A stretch of DNA of 64,000 bases from an uncultured candidate division Zixibacteria bacterium (GCA_963817915.1 CAWFQL010000011.1:64001-128000), one strand, 5' to 3'; shown: positions 49,759-60,471, counted from the stretch's first letter. Notes: generated from the letters alone by a model not told the origin. A program made the numbers and translations.

Positions 49759-52700
49759 ATGAGGATTATTGCTGTAATTTTTTTCCTCTCAATTGCCGCG
49801 ATCGGATTTGCGATGGACGAAAATTATCCGACACTCGGGACAATTGAAAAATCCGGGTATAATGATTTTTCTCCAATATATGTCAATTCCTCCGCGGATT
49901 TACGTGCTCAGAAGATAGCCAATGATTATAACGCGCTATATGCCTCATTTAACCCCCTGGTTCCCGCGCAGATGATGATTGTCGCTCCTCAAAAAAACCG
50001 ATATCCTCAAATTAGGGTCGATAACGAAAATGTCGAGCAAGCCTCCAGGAATATCCTTACTGCCATGAATCTCACTCCAGATAACTGCCAACTTGAATTA
50101 GTCTCCAAGCATTTTGCGATGGGCAAGACTTGGTTTGTCAGATTCTTGAAAGTCTGCAATGGAATTCCTGTCAACGACAATGGCATCGGGCTTTCGATAA
50201 ATCCTGACGGCAAAATTAATTTCGTTTTTGGAAACTTTACCAAAGGGCCGTCGGAAAATATTGCTGTTTGGAATGGATAGCCAATCGGCGATTGCGCGGG
50301 CGCAGGCGGGACTTGAAGGCCAAATTACGAGTTCTCAAATGACCGGCAAATATCTATTTCCGCTATATTTTGAGGGTCGTGTCGAATACCACCCGACGTT
50401 GAAGATATTTGTCGGGACAATTGACCCTCGGGCTGATTGGGAAGTCTTTGTAGATGCTCAAAGCGGCCAGATTTTGCAGCGCAGGAATACTATTTATTAT
50501 GACGCGATTTCCGGCAATAGCACCGGCTCAATCCAGCCATTCACGCCATACGATAATTGGGTGGATCGTCCGTTTTTTGATCAGGATCTATATTTCGATG
50601 GTTACGATCCAATAGCTACCGATATTAACGGAAACTATAATATCGAACTGCCCGGCTCCGATCCTATCGGCGTCAATGTCTTTTTCAATGGGCCATTTAT
50701 TCAAATACTTAACGCCGCCGGTTCAGAATCGTATATACAAGAGATGCTAACTCCGCCGACTACCTTCGATATCTATTGGGACGATAATAACTCAACACCA
50801 CCCGAACGTGATGCCTTTTATGCTGCCGTAACGGTACATAAATATATTACCACTCTTGATCCGGCTTTGGGCGTCATGGATTTCCCAATGGTTTGCAATG
50901 TCAATGTTGCTGGAACTTGCAACGCATTTTGGTCTGGTTGGGAACAGACGATTAATTTCTATCAGGAAGGCGGCGGCTGTCCTAATATCGCCCAGATCGC
51001 CGATGTAGTCTACCATGAGTACGGTCATGGAATCACTGACCTGCAAACAAGGCCAGCCGGTCCCGACGGCGCCATGCACGAAGGTTTTTCCGATTATACC
51101 GCATGCACGATAACAAATCAGAGCCGAGTCGGTCTTGGCTTCACAGGGCCCAATACTTTTCTTAGGGAATTGGATAATAATAACCACTTCCCTGAAGATT
51201 GGAGCGGTGAATCACATAATGATGGTTTGATTATTGGCGGGGCTCTATGGCATACAAGACAGATCCTTTCGCCCCATAATATGGGGTATGTCGATTCCCT
51301 CTGGCATTTCGCCCGTTATGCTCAAGCTCAAAATTTTGAGGATTATTTCTGGGCATTCGTAGCGCTGGATGATAATGATGGAGATCTTTCCAATGGGACT
51401 CCAAACGCTGCCGTGATTTTCAGCACTTTCGGAGATCGCCACGGAATCGGGCCAGGGACCCATATCACTATTACAGCCGATTCGCTTTTCGATTCGGAAG
51501 ATACTTTATCATCGCATATCGTTAGAGCACATATAAATTCCGTATTTGCCCTCCGACCGGATTCGGTTTTTGTCTATTATAATATGGGTACCGGATATAT
51601 GCCTTTAACTATGACTCGCGAAGATACATTCTGGGTTGCCGCAATTCCGCCTCAACACTCCGGAACAAATGTAGATTACTACCTACTTGCTGTTGATCAG
51701 GGCGGTTTTAGAGGCATATCGCCCGCTAACGCTCCTGACAGCCATTATACCTTTTATATAGGGCCGGATAGAATTCCGCCGACATTGGCAGCAGTTGAAG
51801 GTCCGCCTAATACGGTCAATCTTTTCGGACCGTATGGTCCCTTTGTAATTTCCGCATACGATATCAATGGCATTGATCCCAACGGCGTGCGCCTTCATTA
51901 TAGAATTAATTCCGAAAATGAAAATCAAGCCTCGCTTCTTCCCGCCCATTTTGAAAACAGGTTCGTGCTCGAAAGTCTGAACCTGAATCGTCAGTTGGTT
52001 ACAGGTGATATTGTTCATTATTACTATACGGCCCTGGATGGCGCTAATTCGCCCAATACGGGAAGATTGCCCGCGACGGGGGACTTTCAGCTTGTTATGG
52101 TTACGTCGGAAACATTTGAGAATTTCGAGAGATTCGGTATTGATCGATGGAATTCAGGCCCCGAGTGGGCTTTGTACAGCCCCGGTTACAATGGGTCTCA
52201 AAACGCCATCTGGTTCAGCAATCCTCGTTATCCAGATAATGCAGACATTTCTATTTCAATGAATTTTGGTTATGATCTGTCGCCCTATACTCGCGCCCAA
52301 ATATCGTTATTCCATAAGAATCTTATAAGAGCAGGCGACACCTGCTACGTTGAAGCATCAAACAACGGTGGCGCTACCTGGACGAGGATAGCGGGAATCA
52401 GCGGAATCAGCGCTCAATATTCTTCCGGTACATATGATATTGCTTCGATTCTCAGTCCTAATGCTCATGATTATAGAATTAGATTTCGCTTTATTTCCGA
52501 TGCCTCCGATAACTGGGTTGGCATCTTTCTCGATGATATAGGCTGGATTGTGGGGTCAGAGACTGCAATTGATGATTCAGAGACCCCGATTCCTGAAAAA
52601 TTCCAACTGGCTCAAAATTACCCCAACCCATTTAACCCGCAAACTAATATCTCATTTTCATTGCCGTCAAAATCCAATGTGCGGCTGGAAGTATTTGATC

Positions 52701-52873
52701 TGCTTGGCAGGAGAATAAAAGCGCTGGCCGATAAATCATTGGAAGCCGGCTCCTATAATTTCGTTTGGGATGGAAAAGACGAGAGCGATCAGCAGGTATC
52801 ATCGGGGATATATTTCTATCGCCTGACCACCGATTTCGGAGTCAGACAGGAAAAAATGACTCTGCTGAAATAG
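49759..52873 (+). CDS. Secreted M4/M36-type zinc metallopeptidase with propeptide and sorting domain; frameshift near 50270
   Basis: Signal peptide and FTP/PepSY-like propeptide (VFVDAQSG); CNAFW, HEYGH, HEGFSD, ESH; QNYPNPFNP tail. Confidence 0.8.
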
Positions 52874-53047
52874 CTATTAGAGGTAGTTTTTATAATGAAA
52901 ACCGGATAATTATCATTAATTGTCCGGTTTTTGCTTTATTGCTTTAAGACCACACAATATTGTTCCTGTCCCATATATATCGTCAAATCCCGCCTTCAGG
53001 GGTCTGCCAAGTCATTACTATTTAGCGTTTTAGGTTTATATCCCATA

Positions 53048-53063
53048 CGGCATCAGCTTTGCA
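53048..53063 (+). promoter_or_regulatory. sigma54 (-24/-12) promoter candidate for pilin genes
   Basis: CGGCATCAGCTTTGCA (GG-N10-GC) about 35 nt before the ATG. Confidence 0.6.
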
Positions 53064-53096
53064 TCATTTGTAAGCATGTCAATAGCCGGAGGATAC

Positions 53097-53621
53097 ATGA
53101 ATCGCAGAAGTAATCAAAATGGATGGGCGTTGGTCGAGATTATGATCGCCGTAATTTTGATATCCGTGGTCGCTACATCATTTTGGAGCGCGCGAGTTCG
53201 TCAGCAGGTGTCATTATTCAACCCCATCGATGGCTCCGGAAAGTATCAGGAAATCGTATCTGCGCTTGATGACATAAAGGATCAATTTGGACTGGCTGGA
53301 TTCGACCTGAGCATGAAGGTGGACCCGTATGCAATGCGTCAGGGCGATAAATCAGATACATTAATCATCTATCATAATAATGCCTGTTTCCAATATTTCT
53401 TAAATGATCAGGGCCAGCTGATAAAGAATGTTGCCGGTTCATCCAGAGTAATCGCAAAAAACATTTCGTCATTCAAAATATCGAATTCGGGGCCGGAGGA
53501 TATCCAGGTAATGGTATCAACCAGGGAAATCGAAAATTCGCCTTCTGGTGGTTCCATGCCGTTATCCAAGAGTTTTTCAGCCTTAATAAAGATGAAGGAT
53601 TTGCCAGGGAGAATAAACTAA
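53097..53621 (+). CDS. Type IV minor pilin-like protein (PilW-like)
   Basis: Prepilin site G/WALVEIMIAV, later D...AG motif; GGAGG RBS. Confidence 0.7.
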   Translation: MNRRSNQNGWALVEIMIAVILISVVATSFWSARVRQQVSLFNPIDGSGKYQEIVSALDDIKDQFGLAGFDLSMKVDPYAMRQGDKSDTLIIYHNNACFQYFLNDQGQLIKNVAGSSRVIAKNISSFKISNSGPEDIQVMVSTREIENSPSGGSMPLSKSFSALIKMKDLPGRIN

Positions 53622-53685
53622 AGAATTTTTAATATAATGGGTAGGTATTGCCGATATATCTACTAAATCGCAGAAAGCACAAAAT

Positions 53686-54186
53686 ATGAAAATCCAATTA
53701 AAAATAAAATCCTCAAATGGTCAAACCGGCTTTACTTTACTGGAAATGATGATTGTAGTGGTAGTTATAGGCATATTTGCCGCCATGGCCGGGCCGACAT
53801 TATTCAATTCTATCCCAAAGATGAAGGCCAGATCAGATGCCAGAATCGTCTTGTCGTCAATAAGGCTTGCCCGTTCGAAGGCTGTATCTGAAAATAGCCA
53901 ATATGGAATCTATTTTGATGTTGCCAATAATAAGTACTGGATATTTAAAGATATTCAAAATCCCTCCTTGCTGACCTATGAATCAGGTGATTCATTAGTG
54001 TCGGATACATTGAGAATGGCCAACGATGTCAGTATTACAGGGTCGTCATTCGCCAATAATTGCATCATATTTTTCTCAAATGGCGGGGCATCTGGCACCG
54101 GCAGCATAGGGGTTAATGACTGTTCTGGCAACTCGCCTTACTCGATAAGTGTCCTTGCCTCCACTGGCAAGGCAAGAATGCAATAG
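53686..54186 (+). CDS. FimT/GspH-type minor pilin
   Basis: G/FTLLEMMIVVVVIGI, LARSKAV, FFSNGG. Confidence 0.85.
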   Translation: MKIQLKIKSSNGQTGFTLLEMMIVVVVIGIFAAMAGPTLFNSIPKMKARSDARIVLSSIRLARSKAVSENSQYGIYFDVANNKYWIFKDIQNPSLLTYESGDSLVSDTLRMANDVSITGSSFANNCIIFFSNGGASGTGSIGVNDCSGNSPYSISVLASTGKARMQ

Positions 54187-54290
54187 TCTGCAGTTTTCCC
54201 CGACAAATAATCAGCCATTATTTTTTTTCATAACCCATGTTAACTTTTTTATTATTAAGACGATATTTAACCTGTAAGCATCAATAATGC

Positions 54291-54319
54291 TTGACACGAG
54301 AGTTTGAAGCGGATACAAT
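54291..54319 (+). promoter_or_regulatory. sigma70-type promoter of pilMNOPQ
   Basis: TTGACA-N17-TACAAT. Confidence 0.7.
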
Positions 54320-54370
54320 ATGAGCGCATGATTTTGCAAACTTTAAATTGTCTAAATAAGAGAGATCATT

Positions 54371-55420
54371 ATGGCTTTTGGCAAAAAATCTAAATTGGCC
54401 GTAGGGCTGGACATCGGAGCAAGCACTATTAAGCTTGTGAAGCTCCAGAGAAAGCCCGGCGGTTACGTTCTAAAGGCCCTTGCGATTAAGGAATTGCCTA
54501 TCGACGCCATTGCCGCGGAAGAAATAAAGGATCGCGATGCCGTAATTTTCGACATCCAAAATCTGATCGATCAGACTGATCCTAAGATTAAGGACGTCGT
54601 AATTTCAATCTCGGGGCATGGCGTTATCACCGACAAAATCATAATGGACAAGAAAACTGGCTCGGAGGCCGAGCAGGCGATACTGTTCGAAGCCGAGCAA
54701 AGGAGTCCATTTGATGTCGAAGATGTTACCCTGGACTACCATGTAATCAAGGTCGACGATGAAACAAACAAGATGGAAGTGCTTCTCGTCGCGGCACGAA
54801 ATGAATTCCTCAAAAATTACCTCGACCTTATTCTCGATGCCGGCTTGAGGCCCGTAGTTGTCGATACCGATGCTTTTGCCATCCTAAATGCTTATGAAAT
54901 GAATTACGAAATCGATCCAAGCAGGGTGACTGCCTTGATAGACGTCGGATTTGATATTACCAGCATTACATTCATAAAGGAAGGTCTTTATCATTCCACA
55001 AGAGATGTATCCAATGGAATAAGGCTGATTTTCGATGCCATCGGCAAAGAATTTAGGCTCAATCAGGAAATGGCGTCAAAGGCATTGAAAGGCGAATTAG
55101 ATAGCTCTATAGATAACGATATGTTCAAAGCGGCGGTTTTCACTTCAGCGGAAGAATTAATCGCCGGTCTTGAAGTCGCTATTTCTTATTTTAAGAGTTC
55201 ATCAGGGGTCAAGCAACTGGATTGGGTGGTTCTCTCAGGCGGAGGAGCGTTGGTTCCTTATTTGCCTGAACTTTTACAGAGCAAACTGCAGATTCCAGTT
55301 GAGATATTTAATCCGCTCAGAAATATCGAGTATGATCCCGACCTATTTATGGAATATCAACCTGAAAAGGTGGCTCCGCTCTTGGCGGTACCCATCGGTT
55401 TGGCGGCCCGGAGGATTTAA
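54371..55420 (+). CDS. pilM: Type IV pilus assembly protein PilM
   Basis: VGLDIGASTIK, VLLVAAR, IDVG, LSGGGA, PIGLA. Confidence 0.95.
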   Translation: MAFGKKSKLAVGLDIGASTIKLVKLQRKPGGYVLKALAIKELPIDAIAAEEIKDRDAVIFDIQNLIDQTDPKIKDVVISISGHGVITDKIIMDKKTGSEAEQAILFEAEQRSPFDVEDVTLDYHVIKVDDETNKMEVLLVAARNEFLKNYLDLILDAGLRPVVVDTDAFAILNAYEMNYEIDPSRVTALIDVGFDITSITFIKEGLYHSTRDVSNGIRLIFDAIGKEFRLNQEMASKALKGELDSSIDNDMFKAAVFTSAEELIAGLEVAISYFKSSSGVKQLDWVVLSGGGALVPYLPELLQSKLQIPVEIFNPLRNIEYDPDLFMEYQPEKVAPLLAVPIGLAARRI

Positions 55421-55422
55421 TT

Positions 55423-56100
55423 ATGATTGAAATTAATCTACTGCCAAAGGAGCTCCAAAAGCGCAAATTCAGCATCAGGCTGGATAGGACAATGGTCTAT
55501 ATCATCGCGGGGTGTTCATTCTTAATAGTATTGCTGGCGGCCTACAGTTATATCTACCAGGCGGGCCAATTGGCGAAAAAAGACCGTGAATATCAGCAAT
55601 TGAAGGCCGAGAGCGATTCTCTGGCTACGGAAATAGCAAAAATTGATGAAATCACCACGAAGAAAAACCAGATACTTGCCAGGATGTCGGCAATTGAGCT
55701 TCTGGATCGCAATCGCGAATACTGGGTCACATTGATGGAAGACCTGGCCAAGAGAGTACCGGAATATGTATGGCTGACATCTTTACAGCAGGCGCCATCG
55801 ATTCCTCAGGCCGCTCCTCCACCGCCCGGTCAACAGGCCGCGGCAGCGCCGCCGCCGCAGGTTAATAAATCGAGTCTTGAGGGGTACTCATTCTCCCTTA
55901 ATGCCCTGGCGACTTTCATGATTAGGCTAAAGAAATCTGATATTTTTAAGGATATCGAAATTTCATCGGTCAAGCTTCAGGAGACTGATAAAGCAAAAGC
56001 GTATGCATTCAAATTAACCTGCAATTTGGTTTCGGATATTATCAGATCGACTGATTCCGAGACTTCGCAGGCGGTAAATAGTCAAAGTAATCAATTCTGA
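55423..56100 (+). CDS. pilN: Type IV pilus assembly protein PilN
   Basis: N-terminal INLLP motif, TM, coiled coil, VPEYVWLTSL. Confidence 0.92.
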   Translation: MIEINLLPKELQKRKFSIRLDRTMVYIIAGCSFLIVLLAAYSYIYQAGQLAKKDREYQQLKAESDSLATEIAKIDEITTKKNQILARMSAIELLDRNREYWVTLMEDLAKRVPEYVWLTSLQQAPSIPQAAPPPPGQQAAAAPPPQVNKSSLEGYSFSLNALATFMIRLKKSDIFKDIEISSVKLQETDKAKAYAFKLTCNLVSDIIRSTDSETSQAVNSQSNQF

Positions 56101-56154
56101 TTCGTTCATGGAAGAACGATCGGACTCAATTAGAATTCATGGGGGAGGGGATTC

Positions 56155-56742
56155 ATGAATTTAAAAGACCCCAAAAATCAAATAATAGCAGTAATCGTAA
56201 TTGTATTCCTGGCGGTTGTATACCTCTGGTATTCCCAGGTCTTTGCCGTCTATAATGATAAGATAGACAAAAAAGAAGTTGAACGCGGCAAGATGCTGAA
56301 CAATGTCCACCAGGTAAGGCAAAAAGCGGCAACCCTGAATGATCTTCAAAAAGAACTTGAAGACCTTCAGATGAAATACGAGAAAGTCCAGCTTCTTTTG
56401 CCCGAAAGAAAAGAAGATGAATCTTTCCTGACCCAGCTTCACGCCGCAGCTCAATTGACGGGCTCGATTATTCAGGACATCACGCCGCTAGGCACTCAAT
56501 CGGGGGAATTTTATCTTACCAATAGTTATTCTGTCGAGGTTCAATCGACTTTTCATGCACTTGGAAGCTTTTTTGCCAAGGTAGCTAATTTCCCATTCAT
56601 TGTAAATATTTCCGATCTTCAGCTAAAGTCCGCGGCCGCTACTCTCGCCGCGCCCAGTGATACCAAAAAAGACGATGACAAAATCGTTACTGCGACATTC
56701 AAGCTGCTAACTTACAACGTCAAACAGGGTGTGGCAGAATGA
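56155..56742 (+). CDS. pilO: Type IV pilus assembly protein PilO
   Basis: TM, coiled coil, LLPERKE, FHALGSFF..VANFP.IVNI; gene position. Confidence 0.88.
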   Translation: MNLKDPKNQIIAVIVIVFLAVVYLWYSQVFAVYNDKIDKKEVERGKMLNNVHQVRQKAATLNDLQKELEDLQMKYEKVQLLLPERKEDESFLTQLHAAAQLTGSIIQDITPLGTQSGEFYLTNSYSVEVQSTFHALGSFFAKVANFPFIVNISDLQLKSAAATLAAPSDTKKDDDKIVTATFKLLTYNVKQGVAE

Positions 56743-57813
56743 AAAACATAGCTCAAAATAGATTTTATTTGATTCTGGCAATCTTGATATTATTTGTTGG
56801 TTCGAGCGCGAATGCGATCAAAATCGATCTTAATAATATCGGCATTTCGAAGGTTGGCGACTCGATTGTAGTCTCGATAACCTGCACGAGCCCGGTTGAA
56901 TTCAAGTCGATGCTCACCGAGCAGAAGCCCGAAAGGATTGTCATAGATCTAAAAGGCGTTGTCAATAATTTACCCGAAAAGAATTTCTTACAGTTACCCT
57001 GTAAGTCAATCAATAGAATCAGGACCAGTCAATATCAGGTGGTGCCGGATTCGGTATCAAGAGTTGTGCTGGATGTCGGCAGGCCCATTGATTTTCGATG
57101 CTATAAGCAGGGCAACGATATTATAGTTAAAATTCCCGCGGTTAAGGATGAATTAGAATTTGCCTCTTGGAATGCTCAAGGCGGTTCACAGATGGTATCA
57201 TCCAAGCCTGCTGAAAAGCCGGTTGCAGTTACAAAGGCTCCGGAAACAGTCCCAGTAAAGCCTCCGCCGGTCGTAGCGAGCAATCCTCCAGCTAAGACCG
57301 AGTCTGTCCCGGCCAAGCCGCCCGTACAGGCAGCGGAAAAGAAGCCGGCGACAGCTAGTAGAAACCCCTGCGCCAAAGACTGAAGAAAAAGTTGTGGCAC
57401 AGGCGGAAACCACTCCCAAAGTACAGGAACCGGAAAAGCTGGCTGAAGAAGCCGAGCCGCCCGCCACTGCTGGTGTCAAGCTCGATACTACTCCTGTTCG
57501 CAAAATAGTCGCCTATGAAGTGGGCGATGTTCGCGACCCATTCCTGCCGTTGATTAAATCGGGGGGAAGACAGCCCGGAGAAGGATTGCCGGTAATCGAA
57601 AATCTAAAGCTGGTCGGCATTATGGAAGACGTCGCTGGTAATATGGCTTTATTAGAGGACGCCGAAGGTAATGGATATATTCTTAGAGCCAATGATAAAG
57701 TTCGGAACGGATATGTAGTTACGGTAACGGAAAGCAAGGCCATCTTCCAGGTAACCGAATACGGTTGGACCCGCACGGTGGCTTTGGAATTACAGATTCC
57801 GGAAATAAAGTAA
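56739..57813 (+). CDS. AMIN domain, Pro/Ala/Lys linker and PilP-like domain fusion; frameshift near 57357
   Basis: AMIN (PERIVIDL...IRTSQY...SRVVLD); removing one base near 57357 joins it to RDPF...LKLVGI...ALLEDAEGNGYIL..NDKVRNG. Confidence 0.7.
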
Positions 57814-57826
57814 AGGAGAGGATGAT

Positions 57827-59197
57827 ATGCGCAGAATAAAAATCTATTTGGCGGCGGTCCTGGTGATCGGCTGTCTGCTATTATTTAATTTTGGCGTATT
57901 GATGAGCCAGGAGGGTGAAGAATCCGGCGCGCGTATTTCATCCCCTCGCGTAATTAAGACGCTTTCACTGACCAACGCTGATATTAAATCCGTGTTGATG
58001 TATCTTTCATCATACGGCGGTGTTAATATCGTCGCGTCACCCAATATTGAGGGGACAGTGTCGGTCAGGCTTTCCAATGTCACCTGGAAAGAAGCTCTTG
58101 ATATTATCTTGCAGACATATAATCTCGTAGGTGTCGAATCTGAAAATTATATCAGGGTAGTCAAGGCTCAAGATTATTTCATGGAAAAATCTGCTGAAGA
58201 AAAACATGCTCAAGAGCAGGAAACATTGAAGCCCTTGACAACTCATATAGTCTCGGTAAAATACAATGTTGCCGATGAAATTAAGTCTGCTGTCAAAGGT
58301 TTACTTTCCACTCGCGGGACAGTTGATGTCGACAAGCGAACCAATTCGTTGATTATAAGGGACTTACCGGATAATCTTTCAAGGGTGGATGAACTGATTG
58401 GAGTTCTGGATAAGGAAACTCGACAGGTCAAAATATCAGCCCAGCTATTGGAAGTTGAAAGCGGATTCTTGAGGGAAATCGGTGTCGACTGGAGAGTGGT
58501 AAATAGGAATTTTACCAATGAAACACCGGTCAGCGGAGCGGAATTTCTTGGCGATCCTCTCTTCCCGACAAATCCTGATAGACAGAATTTTTCGACGGAA
58601 GAAGGCCATATTTTTGGCAATAAACAAATGGCTGGCGAAAAGCTCGGTCAGTTTGCTTTCTCCCGCATGGTGGGCGACAAGAGTGTAGGCGCCATACTTT
58701 CGACTATAGAATCATCAAACAAAGGCAAAATCATTGCCCATCCAGAAGTTACCACTTTGGACAATGTCGAAGCCTATATTCAGATGGGTCAGAAGATACC
58801 GATCAAGCAATTCGATCCGTCCGGCAATACGATCATTACTTTTTACGATGTCGGTACCAAGCTCAGAGTCATGCCGCATATTACGTCGGAAAATAGAATA
58901 TTGCTTCACCTTCAACCGGAGAGAAGCTCATATCAATTCGATCCTAATGGCGTGATTATCAATACCCAAAACGCCGAGACCAATGTTGTGGTCGAAAATG
59001 GCGAAACTGCAGTAATCGGCGGCCTGACCAATCAAGAAGTAAATACACTTAAGGTCGGACTTCCATTCTTGAAGGATATACCAATAATTGGATTCCTTTT
59101 TGGGTATGACAAAAAGCAGGTGACTACAAGAGACCTGGTCATATTCGTGACTCCGACAATTGTCGATCGTCCTGTTCAGGCATACAATCAGCAATAA
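57827..59197 (+). CDS. pilQ: Type IV pilus secretin PilQ (short, without AMIN domains)
   Basis: ADIKSVL, VTWKEALD, VDKRTNSLII, QVKISAQ, P.VTTLDN..A.I..G, GETAVIGGL, LPFLKDIPIIGFLF, LVIFVTP. Confidence 0.92.
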   Translation: MRRIKIYLAAVLVIGCLLLFNFGVLMSQEGEESGARISSPRVIKTLSLTNADIKSVLMYLSSYGGVNIVASPNIEGTVSVRLSNVTWKEALDIILQTYNLVGVESENYIRVVKAQDYFMEKSAEEKHAQEQETLKPLTTHIVSVKYNVADEIKSAVKGLLSTRGTVDVDKRTNSLIIRDLPDNLSRVDELIGVLDKETRQVKISAQLLEVESGFLREIGVDWRVVNRNFTNETPVSGAEFLGDPLFPTNPDRQNFSTEEGHIFGNKQMAGEKLGQFAFSRMVGDKSVGAILSTIESSNKGKIIAHPEVTTLDNVEAYIQMGQKIPIKQFDPSGNTIITFYDVGTKLRVMPHITSENRILLHLQPERSSYQFDPNGVIINTQNAETNVVVENGETAVIGGLTNQEVNTLKVGLPFLKDIPIIGFLFGYDKKQVTTRDLVIFVTPTIVDRPVQAYNQQ

Positions 59198-59220
59198 CAA
59201 ATAAATTCAAGACTACTTAG

Positions 59221-59252
59221 GGCTTCGGTTTGATAAAACCGGAGCCTTTTTT
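59221..59252 (+). terminator. Intrinsic terminator
   Basis: GGCTTCGGTTT-GATA-AAACCGGAGCC followed by T6. Confidence 0.8.
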
Positions 59253-59309
59253 GTTAATTTCTTGATAGATCTGCAAACGGCGAATCTGACCTTCAAAAAA
59301 GCAAATTTA

Positions 59310-59337
59310 TTGACATCAAATAAAATTTTAATATAAT
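59310..59337 (+). promoter_or_regulatory. sigma70-type promoter
   Basis: TTGACA-N16-TATAAT. Confidence 0.6.
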
Positions 59338-59397
59338 CTAATCATTCGCAATCGGAGTTGGATTTGCCTGAAAAAACTTACGATGCTGAGGTAAAAA

Positions 59398-60423
59398 ATG
59401 ACCCGGAAGTTCATGCTTTTGGTAATGGCATTATTCCCCCTAATTATGAGTTGCTCAAAATCGACAAAGCCGACTCCCCCACAGCCTCCGGCTGAACGAG
59501 TTTGGTTAGTCGAGGGTTGGGCTGATTGGTCGCCTGATGGGAGATATATAGCCTATACAAGACCCCCAAGGACTTGGGATGAATATATGCGCTGGGGAAG
59601 CGCCTCTATATGGGTATACGATATGACGACTCAGCATTTCGGCCTTGTTATTTGCCCCGGCGAATTTCCGAGGTGGAGTCCGGATGGGTCTATATTGGCA
59701 TTTATTTGGGGGGGCATAATTTTCTATTATCCTGAAAGTGGAATGGTAAGACATATAACTCCGCCATTAGAAGTCATTGCGGGATTCGATTGGTCGCCCG
59801 ATGGAACAAGACTGCTTTTGGGAAATGGCGATGGTATGATTATCGATACTTCAGGAAACGAGCTAAGGCATTTATTTCCATGGGACGGTTCTAATGGAGG
59901 CTGGCGCGGAGCAGGTGTTGGCGAATGGTCTCGCTTGGGGGGCCACATTTTGATTCCTACGGAAACCACGACAAATATTTCGGGGATTTTGGTGGTCGAT
60001 ACTCTCGGCAATATAATTGATACCGTGACGATGGGGCAGCGATCTCAACAAGGATTTGAATATGCCGCTTGGTCGCCAGATGAATCCAATATTGCCGTGA
60101 ACTATGTTGACGAAGTGGACAACCATGACTACAACGATCTTCGCATTTATACTATTAATGGCGATTTGGGGAGGATTTTGTCTTTGGATGCTGGCATGGC
60201 CGATTGGTCGCCTGATGGCTCCAAAATTGTCTTTCAGAAATACACATTTATGGGTCATACCCCCGCCCCCATGATAGAGCCGGACTACGGACGGACCACA
60301 GTTTGGGTAAGCAATGCCGATGGCAGTGATATGTATGAGCTTCTGGGCTGGCCGCAGACCGGCCATGATTCCACAATGTTTGACGGCGGCTATAATTGGG
60401 CAAATGGCACCCATGCGCCGTAG
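59398..60423 (+). CDS. TolB-like (PD40 repeat) beta-propeller lipoprotein
   Basis: Lipobox IMSC; five WSPD(G) repeats. Confidence 0.85.
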   Translation: MTRKFMLLVMALFPLIMSCSKSTKPTPPQPPAERVWLVEGWADWSPDGRYIAYTRPPRTWDEYMRWGSASIWVYDMTTQHFGLVICPGEFPRWSPDGSILAFIWGGIIFYYPESGMVRHITPPLEVIAGFDWSPDGTRLLLGNGDGMIIDTSGNELRHLFPWDGSNGGWRGAGVGEWSRLGGHILIPTETTTNISGILVVDTLGNIIDTVTMGQRSQQGFEYAAWSPDESNIAVNYVDEVDNHDYNDLRIYTINGDLGRILSLDAGMADWSPDGSKIVFQKYTFMGHTPAPMIEPDYGRTTVWVSNADGSDMYELLGWPQTGHDSTMFDGGYNWANGTHAP

Positions 60424-60443
60424 CGCTTATGTTAGATGAATTT

Positions 60444-60471
60444 AGGGAGCTCTCATCGGCTCCCTTTTTTT
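60444..60471 (+). terminator. Intrinsic terminator
   Basis: AGGGAGC...GCTCCCT followed by a T run. Confidence 0.7.
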
